This document shows positions 10,253 through 18,811 of a DNA stretch of 64,000 nucleotides, one piece after another. The notes beneath the pieces were generated by a model, which ran no database searches, was not told where the DNA came from, and saw nothing but the letters and a program-made list of their open reading frames with translations. Origin of the DNA: an uncultured Roseburia sp. (GTDB taxonomy: Bacteria; Bacillota; Clostridia; Lachnospirales; Lachnospiraceae); the NCBI GenBank assembly GCA_947246475.1, contig CAMXSH010000004.1:26701-90700 (forward strand), given 5' to 3'. Position 1 is the first letter of the stretch; each line of letters starts with the position of its first letter. The position numbers and the translations under genes are program-made.

Positions 10253-11413
10253 ATGGTAGTAGAACCAAAGGTAAAAGGCTTTATTTGCACCACGGCCCAT
10301 CCTAAGGGCTGTGAAGAAAGTGTAAGAAGACAGATTGAATGCACGAAAAAGTTTGGTAAGGCTGAGGGACCCAAAAAAGTGCTGGTTATCGGATCTTCCA
10401 CGGGTTATGGACTTTCCTCGCGCATTGCTGTGACTTATGGATATGGGGCAGATACCATTGGTGTTGCCTTTGAGAGAGAATCCAATGGCAAGCGGACAGC
10501 CACGGCGGGCTGGTATAATACCAAAGCATTTGAAAAAATAGCCGGAGAGGATGGTTATTATGCCAAATCCTTTAATGGAGATGGATTTTCCAGGGAAATG
10601 AAGGATGACGTGATCCAGTGCATCAAAGAGGATTTTGGAAAAGTGGACATGGTGGTATACAGCATGGCTGCACCGAGACGTACTCTGCCCAGTGGAACCA
10701 CGGTCTCTTCCGTGCTGAAGACAGTGGGAGAGCCATTTACCAACAAAACCCTTGATCTGCGAACCAATGAGATCAAGGAGGTTACAGTTCCTGAGGCAGA
10801 TGAAGATGAGATCAAGGCTACGATACAGGTCATGGGTGGAGGCGACTGGAGAGACTGGATCATGTCGCTGTATGATGCTGGAGTGCTGGCAGAGGGCGCA
10901 GTGACCCTGGCGTATTCCTATATCGGGCCGGTGGTGACTCATGCGATCTATAAAGATGGCAGTATTGGACAGGCAAAGAAACATCTCTATGATACTTCCG
11001 TGGAACTTACAAACAAATATAAAGACATTGGTCTGAAAGCATACATATCGGTGAACAAAGCGCTGGTGACCCAGTCCAGTGCGGCGATCCCTATCGTTCC
11101 TCTTTATATCTCCATGCTCTACAAGGTGATGAAGGAAAAAGGGCTTCATGAGGGCTGTATCGAGCAAATGAACCGTCTCTTTCTGGAGAAACTTGCCGGC
11201 GGGGTGGTTCAGACGGACGAGGCGGGCAGGATCCGACTGGATGATTATGAGATGAAAGAAGAGATCCAGAGCCGCATCTCTGAGGTATGGGACAGTGTGG
11301 ATTCTGAATCCATAAAAGAACTTGGAGACATTAAGGGGTACTGGGACGAATTTTATAATATGTTTGGATTTGGCTATGATAATGTGGACTACAGTGAGGA
11401 TGTAGAGATCTGA
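10253..11413 (+). CDS. fabV: Trans-2-enoyl-CoA/ACP reductase FabV
   Basis: GPKKVLVIGSSTGYGL, YSMAAPRR, MGGGDW, YSYIGP, YxxGSIGQAK and KALVTQSSAAIP motifs. Confidence 0.93.
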   Translation: MVVEPKVKGFICTTAHPKGCEESVRRQIECTKKFGKAEGPKKVLVIGSSTGYGLSSRIAVTYGYGADTIGVAFERESNGKRTATAGWYNTKAFEKIAGEDGYYAKSFNGDGFSREMKDDVIQCIKEDFGKVDMVVYSMAAPRRTLPSGTTVSSVLKTVGEPFTNKTLDLRTNEIKEVTVPEADEDEIKATIQVMGGGDWRDWIMSLYDAGVLAEGAVTLAYSYIGPVVTHAIYKDGSIGQAKKHLYDTSVELTNKYKDIGLKAYISVNKALVTQSSAAIPIVPLYISMLYKVMKEKGLHEGCIEQMNRLFLEKLAGGVVQTDEAGRIRLDDYEMKEEIQSRISEVWDSVDSESIKELGDIKGYWDEFYNMFGFGYDNVDYSEDVEI

Positions 11414-11440
11414 TACGAAAGGAAGCTTTTGATAAAAGAG

Positions 11441-11477
11441 TGCCTGCCAGAAAGAAGAGGATACTTTCTGGCAGGCA
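11441..11477. terminator. Likely bidirectional terminator between fabV and the convergent cassette
   Basis: Perfect 14-bp inverted repeat TGCCTGCCAGAAAG / CTTTCTGGCAGGCA between convergent genes. Confidence 0.8.
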
Positions 11478-11483
11478 GTTCTA

Positions 11484-12194
11484 CTATAAGAAATCTTTTT
11501 TTCTCTGAAACAAAAACACTCCGATCATTACTACACTTACAATCCAAATTAAAAGGATTCCGATTGAAACAACAGGTGCTGTAATACTGCTGTTTAACCT
11601 TAATTGCTGTAAAGCACCCTGCACTGGCAGGTACCTGACCCATTTGATATCATTTTTAATTAAAAAAAGCTGAATCCACTCGCTGATCAATACCATTAAA
11701 ACTACAAAAATATTACTGGCAATGAGAGAGAATATATTTAGTACTATGATTAAAAATAACAGGTATAAGATGAAATTGATAATTTCAAGAAAAGCAAAAA
11801 TATCAAGTTTCCAAACAGGTGCATTACAAAATAATGCTGTTATCCATGAAAGAAGAATTTGTGCTGATATAAAAATCATACTTCTTTTCAATAATCCCCA
11901 AAGTGTATAGATCATGATCTTTGGTTTGGAATCCTGTCTGCAGACTAAAATTGTAAAATTGGGTTTTAGTGTTCTCTCAAAATAGTCAGAATATAATATT
12001 ATTAATGGAATCTGAGGGAATAGCCATAAAATGGAATTCCAGATAAATTGATCTTCCTGAGAAAATTCAATAGTGCCAAAAACCAGAGCGAAATACTCGT
12101 TGCAATTTTTGACTTCTGGAACATGAAATATATAGAGCTTATAGCACAAATATATCAGGAAGATCAAAATAGCATATATATATTGTTTTCTCAT
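11484..12194 (-). CDS. Multi-pass membrane protein (putative ABC permease/immunity subunit)
   Basis: 236 aa with about 6 hydrophobic segments; last gene of an AT-rich operon with overlapping start/stop codons. Confidence 0.65.
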   Translation of the reverse strand: MRKQYIYAILIFLIYLCYKLYIFHVPEVKNCNEYFALVFGTIEFSQEDQFIWNSILWLFPQIPLIILYSDYFERTLKPNFTILVCRQDSKPKIMIYTLWGLLKRSMIFISAQILLSWITALFCNAPVWKLDIFAFLEIINFILYLLFLIIVLNIFSLIASNIFVVLMVLISEWIQLFLIKNDIKWVRYLPVQGALQQLRLNSSITAPVVSIGILLIWIVSVVMIGVFLFQRKKDFL

Positions 12195-12880
12195 TCATGT
12201 CCGCCCCCGATTAGTGTCTGGATCTGTTTTTGGTATATTTGATATAAATCCAGGATTTGTTTGTCAAGTATTAATGCATCATACGAATAAACCTCATTAA
12301 AATTTAGTTCTTTATCTTCTTTACGTTTATATGCTTTTCCTGTTACCCTGTTTTGGGTACATTGATATTTGCTTAATGCAGTTGTTGTCGGAAGATATAC
12401 AGATTTTTGGCCATTATAGAGACTACACTGGATTTCTCTAAGAAAAACGATATATTCTTTGTTATCCTCCATCAACTGATATGCTCCTACAGTCCATACA
12501 CTGTGTTTATCAATATAAGCTGGTTCAAAAATAGATAATGTTTTTCCTGAGACATTACCTTGATATACTTCAAGTACCTCAGCAGTTGTCAATGTACACT
12601 CTGTATACATTGTTCGTTCATTATTTGCTGTTACTTTTAAGCGTACAATTGCATCTGCTGTACCACAAAGCTGCTCAAATGAGGATACTTCTTCTGGCAG
12701 TAGAAATGAAATATCTTCCTCTGAATCCGAAGGCTCGACTGTTAAATTTCCTTCTTTGAGATGGTCCCGCAGCTGGGTATCATCATTCCAGCCTTTGCAA
12801 GTGTTTACTCCCCGGAATATCGAAATGATGAATGCCAGTAACATACAGAAATATGGTAAAAACGTTACGATTTTTCTCAT
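12191..12880 (-). CDS. N-terminally anchored or secreted hypothetical protein
   Basis: Single N-terminal hydrophobic segment followed by a soluble domain; translationally coupled to its neighbours. Confidence 0.65.
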   Translation of the reverse strand: MRKIVTFLPYFCMLLAFIISIFRGVNTCKGWNDDTQLRDHLKEGNLTVEPSDSEEDISFLLPEEVSSFEQLCGTADAIVRLKVTANNERTMYTECTLTTAEVLEVYQGNVSGKTLSIFEPAYIDKHSVWTVGAYQLMEDNKEYIVFLREIQCSLYNGQKSVYLPTTTALSKYQCTQNRVTGKAYKRKEDKELNFNEVYSYDALILDKQILDLYQIYQKQIQTLIGGGHE

Positions 12881-13527
12881 TTTGCTATCCTCCCCACTGC
12901 GTCTATCCTGCCATTTTCCATAGAAATTATTGCATCGCTGTAGGATTGTAGTGATTCTCCATTATGGCTTACAATCACAATTACTGCATTTCTGGACTTT
13001 TCTTCTATAATAATTTTATTAAATCTCCCACAGCCCTCTTTATCCAAAGCATTTGTTGGTTCATCCAATAAAATTATATCTGGTTTTTCCATAATTGCTT
13101 GTGCAATTCCTAATCTCTGCCTCATTCCTAAAGAATATTTTCCCACAGGAACATTTTTTACTTCTTCAAGCCCAACACGGTCTAATACGTCTGAAATTTC
13201 TTTTTCTCCTATACTTTTTTTGATTTCAGCCAGCATTTTCAATGTTTCAAATCCAGTCTTATATTTCCAGAATTCTGGATTTTCAATCAGTACGCCAATA
13301 CTTGGTGGAAAATCTATTTCTTTTTTTAATTCTTGCCCGTTAATTCGCACATAACCGCTTGTAGCAGTAATCAATCCGGCAATAGCACGAAGAAGCATTG
13401 TTTTACCGCAGCCATTATGACCCTGCACACCGTATATTTGTCCGCGTTCAAATTCAAGATTTATATCTTCTAATACATATTTTCCTTTCAATTTTTTGTA
13501 ATAATTTACGATAGAAATAAACCTCAT
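12877..13527 (-). CDS. ABC transporter ATP-binding protein
   Basis: Walker A GHNGCGKT, signature YSLGMRQR, Walker B LLDEPT and H-loop VSH. Confidence 0.93.
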   Translation of the reverse strand: MRFISIVNYYKKLKGKYVLEDINLEFERGQIYGVQGHNGCGKTMLLRAIAGLITATSGYVRINGQELKKEIDFPPSIGVLIENPEFWKYKTGFETLKMLAEIKKSIGEKEISDVLDRVGLEEVKNVPVGKYSLGMRQRLGIAQAIMEKPDIILLDEPTNALDKEGCGRFNKIIIEEKSRNAVIVIVSHNGESLQSYSDAIISMENGRIDAVGRIAK

Positions 13528-14189
13528 ACGATCTCCTTCCTGAAAACATCATTTCTTTTCTGCACTACGATAGTTATAATTGAAATCAGCAGCGAAACCA
13601 TCGCTGCTATAAGGCCATGCAGTAGTTTATTTTCGTATTTACCTCCTGCTTCCTTTATTAGCATTACGGAAAAAATATTGTATATGTATTTTCCCATTCT
13701 GAATAAAACACCATTGGATAGTCCCATCACGATACAGTATCCCCAGGTCAGTAATAAAGCTGCCATTCTGCTCCAAAAAGAAAATAGCAAAAAATACACA
13801 CTTCCAATAAAATACCAGCCAACCAGGTTAATAAATAAAACAATCATTATAAATATTATAAAATTTTCATTTGCGTAATCACATATTCTCATGATAGCTG
13901 CCAGCATTCCGCTAAGTACCAGACTATAGATCAATGAAGTAAAAAATATTTTTTTTATATAATGAAATGTATTTTTACTTTTTTTTCCAACTCGAATCAG
14001 TAATAATTCATTAAATGTCTCCTTTACATCCTCACTTATTATATACAGATATATTGGAGTATATAAAAATAAATAGTATAAAGAAGAACAAATAATGGTA
14101 TATATATTTTCTGATTTATGATACAAAAAAGCATTTGCCAGAAATAATGTAATCAGCAAAATATATGGAATGGTTTTTTTTCTGATCAT
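13524..14189 (-). CDS. Multi-pass membrane protein (putative ABC permease)
   Basis: 221 aa with about 6 hydrophobic segments; coupled to the ABC ATPase gene. Confidence 0.65.
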   Translation of the reverse strand: MIRKKTIPYILLITLFLANAFLYHKSENIYTIICSSLYYLFLYTPIYLYIISEDVKETFNELLLIRVGKKSKNTFHYIKKIFFTSLIYSLVLSGMLAAIMRICDYANENFIIFIMIVLFINLVGWYFIGSVYFLLFSFWSRMAALLLTWGYCIVMGLSNGVLFRMGKYIYNIFSVMLIKEAGGKYENKLLHGLIAAMVSLLISIITIVVQKRNDVFRKEIV

Positions 14190-15013
14190 AAAATATCCCC
14201 CTTATACATGCCTTTTTTCAGCCCCAGGCTTCCCAACAGCATAATGGTCAGCCATATTATTGCAAACATTTCCAGTTTTCCATATTGATTCATTGCCAAT
14301 ATATTAGTTGAGAAAAACAATTTTACTGTTTGCTGTGAAATCATGGTTTTTCCGATTTGAAAAAGAAGCTGCATACATACGATAAACACAAAAGGAACCA
14401 GGATGATCGTAATCTTTTTCATCCATTTTCCAATAAAAGAACAACCATATGCCATAAAGGCAAACGCCCCTGCGAACAGAGCACGCAGAAAAATGAATAT
14501 AAATAAGTTTATATATGGATGTAACCGGTAAATGGAATCCAACATATATTCATTATCTATGTTCAGCAATCTGGCATAATCTGCCTGGAACATAGTATTG
14601 TAACCTTGTAAGGGAAATGTAACAGCAGACAAAATAAAACTAATGAGCAGGCAGAATAATACAATAAAAAACGCGGCAATATAAACGGCAGCGGCCTGTT
14701 TCAGAATATATGTTTTTTTACTTTCTCTCGTATATATACAAGCTGTTATCCCTTGTTTTTTTTCTTCGTATGCAAGTGTTGAAGCTATAATACTTACGCA
14801 TATAGGCATAAGCAAACCATAACACACTCCAAATGGTGAATTAAAATTGTTTGATAAAATTGTGCCATCATATGCCGATATCACACCCGATAACTTTGTA
14901 TCCTCAAACATATGGCAGCCATATAGAAATTCTCCGATGACGGAAAAGAAGAGTACTAAAAATACAAATACAAATTCTTTTCTGACAATAATTTTTTTTA
15001 TTTCCCTCAGCAT
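14186..15013 (-). CDS. Multi-pass membrane protein (putative ABC permease)
   Basis: About 6 hydrophobic segments. AGGAGG RBS 7 nt before ATG 15013. Confidence 0.65.
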   Translation of the reverse strand: MLREIKKIIVRKEFVFVFLVLFFSVIGEFLYGCHMFEDTKLSGVISAYDGTILSNNFNSPFGVCYGLLMPICVSIIASTLAYEEKKQGITACIYTRESKKTYILKQAAAVYIAAFFIVLFCLLISFILSAVTFPLQGYNTMFQADYARLLNIDNEYMLDSIYRLHPYINLFIFIFLRALFAGAFAFMAYGCSFIGKWMKKITIILVPFVFIVCMQLLFQIGKTMISQQTVKLFFSTNILAMNQYGKLEMFAIIWLTIMLLGSLGLKKGMYKGDIL

Positions 15014-15112
15014 CGTGCAGCCTCCTAAACATAACAAACTTTTTCGCCACATAGAGCATAGTATGTCTGTTTATAACATACTATGCCCATATCTGTGGAG
15101 CGGGGTAATTAC

Positions 15113-15538
15113 TTATTTGTAATTTACTATACCTGCTGCGTCATCTCTGAACAACCATGTATAGTCAGAGTTTTCTATACCCATGTCAACGCTGCTTCCT
15201 TTTTTGCTGCTGCTGTTATAATTGACAGTCTTCTTGGCTTTCTTTGTAAATTTCACAACGTCTGTGATCCGGACTACATCTTTCAAAGAAGTTCCTTTGT
15301 TAAACCACACAGCTACACCACTTGACTCCAATTTTGTGACCTGCACATAACCAGATTTTTCATTTGTTTCTTTTTTTCTAAAGGGATAATAATAGTTACC
15401 ATGCTCATGAGGAAGTGACAAGGACCAATCTCTGTCTGTTCCCGCTGCGGAAGAGGTGTCGCTTCCATTGAACATTCCAACTACACCTAACATCAGTGAC
15501 GTAACAAGAATTGAACAAATCTTTTTATTGATCTTCAT
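15113..15538 (-). CDS. Small secreted basic beta-rich protein (bacteriocin-like / DUF2712-like candidate)
   Basis: Sec-type signal peptide ending about SSAA; K/S/T-rich mature part of about 105 aa; first gene of the ABC cassette. Family label is tentative. Confidence 0.6.
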   Translation of the reverse strand: MKINKKICSILVTSLMLGVVGMFNGSDTSSAAGTDRDWSLSLPHEHGNYYYPFRKKETNEKSGYVQVTKLESSGVAVWFNKGTSLKDVVRITDVVKFTKKAKKTVNYNSSSKKGSSVDMGIENSDYTWLFRDDAAGIVNYK

Positions 15539-15645
15539 AAAATAATTCTCCTTTTTTCTTTTCTTTTAAAAAATTTTCTGATATGATAGAAATGGTTTCT
15601 TTAAAGAGCGTTCTTTCAGGTATGGTTTTATTTCCGAAAGAACGC

Positions 15646-15681
15646 TTATTCAATCATATCTCTGAATAACATACTACCCAT
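15646..15681 (-). CDS. Putative leader/small peptide MGSMLFRDMIE
   Basis: GGAGGTG RBS 5 nt before the ATG. The stop codon overlaps an 11-bp hairpin arm at 15636-15646. Not in the ORF track. Confidence 0.35.
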   Translation of the reverse strand: MGSMLFRDMIE

Positions 15682-15760
15682 TATTTCACCTCCATATTTT
15701 CCTGCGTTAAGGATAAATTTCATTTCTAGTATCATTTTTAATGTATCATAACATAATATA

Positions 15761-15799
15761 TTTTGTCAAATACTATTTATAAAAAAGTATTTGACAAAA
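15761..15799. promoter_or_regulatory. Perfect 14-bp inverted repeat containing TTGACA on each strand (candidate operator/promoter of the cassette)
   Basis: TTTTGTCAAATACT-11 nt-AGTATTTGACAAAA. Confidence 0.5.
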
Positions 15800-15805
15800 A
15801 TTATT

Positions 15806-15849
15806 CCCCGCCTGGAAATCAGACAATAAAGCAAAATTTCCAGGCGGGG
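15806..15849 (-). terminator. Terminator-like hairpin downstream of arcC
   Basis: 14-bp inverted repeat CCCCGCCTGGAAAT / ATTTCCAGGCGGGG. Confidence 0.7.
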
Positions 15850-15893
15850 GTATTTGTTATGATGCAGAGATTGGAAGCACTTGAAAAATGGAC

Positions 15894-16808
15894 CTAGCGG
15901 ATGATGGTGCCGCATCTTCCCCTGACGGCATCTGCCGCCTGTTCCAGTTTTCCGATCACAGCGGTTCGGTTTTTACCGGAGTTGACAAAGGATACGCTGG
16001 CATCTATCTTGGGAAGGGTAGTGATGGGATCAAAATGACCTTCTTCGATCAGGGAGAGGGCTTCCCTGCTGGTGATCTCGCCAATTGGTTTTTCTCCCGC
16101 GCAGATCTGTTCGCTTCCTGTGAGGATCAGAAGACAGGAGACGTCAAGCATATCTGCCAGTTTGGCAGCAGTATAGTCTTTTTCTATGACCGCGCTGGCA
16201 CCTTTGAGCCGGGTGCCCTGCTGTATCACTGGAATTCCACCGCCGCCAGCGGCGATCACGATCTGTCCGGCATCTGCCAGTGCTTTGATGGCATCGATCT
16301 CATAGATATCGACAGGGTGTGGGGAGGCAATGATCCTGCGCCAGGAGCCATTTTCACTTGTAACATGGTTGCCTTTTTCTTCTTCGGCCTTTGCCTCGTC
16401 TTCTGACATACAGCGTCCGATAATCTTGGTGGGGTGGTTAAATGCCTTGTCGAAAGGATCTACCCGCACCTGGGTGATGACTGTGGATACAGGTTTGAAG
16501 ATGCCCCGGTTCAATAGTTCGGTACGGATGGCATTTTGAAGATCGTATCCAATATAGCCCTGGCTCATAGCTCCGCACAATGACATCGGCGCCACCGTGT
16601 ACCGGGGCTCCAGTCTGGAAAATTCCGTCATCGCTGTCTGAATCATCCCTACCTGGGGACCGTTACTGTGGGTAATGACGATATCATATTTCAATTCTGC
16701 CAGATCTGCGATGGCATCTGCTGCTTTTTTCACATTTTTCTGCTGCTCCGGAAAGGTCTCGCCAAAGGCGTTCCGGCCGAGGGCAACAACAAGTTTCTGA
16801 TTTTTCAT
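15894..16808 (-). CDS. arcC: Carbamate kinase
   Basis: THSNGPQVG, MSQGYIGY, TQVRVDPFDKAF, WRRIIASP, AGGGGIPV and VIEKD motifs. The N-terminal motif reads ALGRNA rather than ALGGNA. Confidence 0.9.
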   Translation of the reverse strand: MKNQKLVVALGRNAFGETFPEQQKNVKKAADAIADLAELKYDIVITHSNGPQVGMIQTAMTEFSRLEPRYTVAPMSLCGAMSQGYIGYDLQNAIRTELLNRGIFKPVSTVITQVRVDPFDKAFNHPTKIIGRCMSEDEAKAEEEKGNHVTSENGSWRRIIASPHPVDIYEIDAIKALADAGQIVIAAGGGGIPVIQQGTRLKGASAVIEKDYTAAKLADMLDVSCLLILTGSEQICAGEKPIGEITSREALSLIEEGHFDPITTLPKIDASVSFVNSGKNRTAVIGKLEQAADAVRGRCGTIIR

Positions 16809-16901
16809 AAAGCGTCCTCCCTGTCACTGTATTGTGCAGAATGTCTTTTCCTTAGTATACCAAACAACAAAAAAACAATCAAATTCTATTTGAAAAAGAA
16901 G

Positions 16902-16930
16902 TTGAAAAAAAATGCCCGATGGGCTATACT
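16902..16930 (+). promoter_or_regulatory. Sigma-A-type promoter for the beta-CASP gene
   Basis: TTGAAA-17 nt-TATACT. Confidence 0.55.
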
Positions 16931-17016
16931 TATCTTATATAGTTTTGGGTTTTTTTGGTGTCCAGGGATGAAAACAGGAGAAGGTGTAAAGTTTTAGAGG
17001 CTGGAGGGAGGTAGTC

Positions 17017-18621
17017 ATGAAACTTGAATTTTTGGGGGCGGCTCACGAGGTCACTGGAAGCTGTCATTATCTGGAGATTGGGGACAAGAAACTCTGTGTG
17101 GATATTGGGATGGAGCAGGGGCGGGATCTGTTTGAAAACCAGGAAATCCCAGTAACCCCGGCAGATCTTGATTACATACTTTTGACACATGCACATATTG
17201 ACCACACCGGATTGCTGCCGATGCTTTATGCCAGAGGATTCCGGGGACGGGTATTTACCACAAAAGCCACTGCTGACCTCAGCAGTATCATGTTGAGGGA
17301 CAGTGCGCATATCCAACAGTTTGAGGCTGAGTGGAGAAACCGTAAGGCGCAGAGAGCCGGAGGAGAACAGTACATTCCACTTTATACGATGGAAGATGCC
17401 CTGGGGGCGGTGAGACTCCTGGTTCCCTGTGAATACGACCACAGGATCACACTTTGTGAAGAGGTTACCATACGGTTTACTGATGTAGGACATCTGCTGG
17501 GGTCTGCTTCTATCGAGGTTTTTGCCACAGAGGGAGACCAGCACAGGACCATTGTTTTTTCTGGAGACCTGGGAAATGTCAATAAACCGATCCTTAGAAA
17601 TCTTTCTTATACCCAGAGTGCAGATTTTGTTGTAATGGAATCTACCTATGGAGACCGTTATCATGGCGAGGCTCCGGATTATGTGGGAGAACTGGCAGAT
17701 ATTATTGAAAAGACTTTTGAGCGGGGGGGAAATGTAGTAATTCCTGCCTTTGCCGTGGGGAGGACCCAGGAACTTCTTTATTTTATCCGTCAGATCAAAG
17801 AACAGCAGCTTATCCGCACAAATTCGGATTTTGAGGTGTATGTAGACAGCCCATTGGCGGTAGAGGCTACCAATATTTTTGGAAAAAATGTAGAGAGCTG
17901 TTTTGATGATGAGGCGAGGGCACTGGTACAAAAGGGGATCAATCCCATCGGCTTTCCCGGGCTGAAGCTGTCCATCACCAGCGATGACAGTAAGGCCATC
18001 AATCTTGAGCAGAAGCCAAAAGTGATCATTTCCGCTTCAGGAATGTGTGAGGCGGGACGAATCCGGCATCATCTCAAGCACAACCTCTGGAGAAAAGAGA
18101 GTACTATCGTCTTTGTCGGCTACCAGTCAGTGGGGACACTGGGCAGGTCGCTCCTCGAAGGAACGGATAGTGTTAAGCTGTTTGGAGAGACCATTGAGGT
18201 AAAAGCGGAGATCGTAAAGATATCCGGCATCAGCAGCCATGCCGACAAGAAGGGGCTTCTCGACTGGGTAAGAGGCTTTCAGGAAAGACCGCCAGTACAG
18301 GTATTTGTAGTACATGGAGAAGACCATGTCTGTGACAGCTTTGCCGGGTGCATAAGAGAGGAACTTGGTATAGAGGCAAGTGCACCTTACAGCGGCAGCA
18401 TCTTTGACCTGATAGGGGGACAGTACGAATACGAGGCTCCTCCAGTATATGCGAAGAAGAAAGATTCAGCCAGAAAACGTGCTTTGGATGTATTTGGACG
18501 GCTTGTGGCAGCGGGTGAGCGGCTATTGGCGGTGATCCGCAGGAACGAAGGGCTGAGCAATAAAGAAACAGCCAAATTCACAGATCAGATCAATGCTTTG
18601 TGTGATAAATGGGATCGATAG
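17017..18621 (+). CDS. MBL-fold beta-CASP ribonuclease (YSH1/RNase J-like superfamily)
   Basis: THAHIDH, VGHLLGS, SGDLG, MESTYG, PAFAVGRTQE, SASGMCEAGRIRHHL, SSHAD and VHGE motifs. Confidence 0.92.
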   Translation: MKLEFLGAAHEVTGSCHYLEIGDKKLCVDIGMEQGRDLFENQEIPVTPADLDYILLTHAHIDHTGLLPMLYARGFRGRVFTTKATADLSSIMLRDSAHIQQFEAEWRNRKAQRAGGEQYIPLYTMEDALGAVRLLVPCEYDHRITLCEEVTIRFTDVGHLLGSASIEVFATEGDQHRTIVFSGDLGNVNKPILRNLSYTQSADFVVMESTYGDRYHGEAPDYVGELADIIEKTFERGGNVVIPAFAVGRTQELLYFIRQIKEQQLIRTNSDFEVYVDSPLAVEATNIFGKNVESCFDDEARALVQKGINPIGFPGLKLSITSDDSKAINLEQKPKVIISASGMCEAGRIRHHLKHNLWRKESTIVFVGYQSVGTLGRSLLEGTDSVKLFGETIEVKAEIVKISGISSHADKKGLLDWVRGFQERPPVQVFVVHGEDHVCDSFAGCIREELGIEASAPYSGSIFDLIGGQYEYEAPPVYAKKKDSARKRALDVFGRLVAAGERLLAVIRRNEGLSNKETAKFTDQINALCDKWDR

Positions 18622-18800
18622 GACGAAGGCCTGAAGAAAATAAAAATAATAAAGAAACAGCCAAATTCACAGATCAGATCAATGCTTTGTGTGATAAATG
18701 GGATCGATAGGACGAAGGCCTGAAGAAAATAAAAATAATAAAGAAACAGCCAAATTCACAAATCAGATCAATGCTTTGTGTGATAACTAGAATCAATAGG
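18559..18800 (+). repeat. 89-bp tandem repeat, about 2.7 copies, derived from the 3' end of the beta-CASP gene
   Basis: Units start at 18559, 18648 and 18737. Copies 1 and 2 are identical; copy 3 is partial with 5 substitutions in 63 nt. Confidence 0.95.
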
Positions 18801-18811
18801 AGGAATTGATT

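Noticed and set aside
18559-18800. Possible CRISPR array
   Set aside because: The units are contiguous and identical with no unique spacers, they derive from coding sequence, and no cas genes are present. Reported as a tandem repeat instead.
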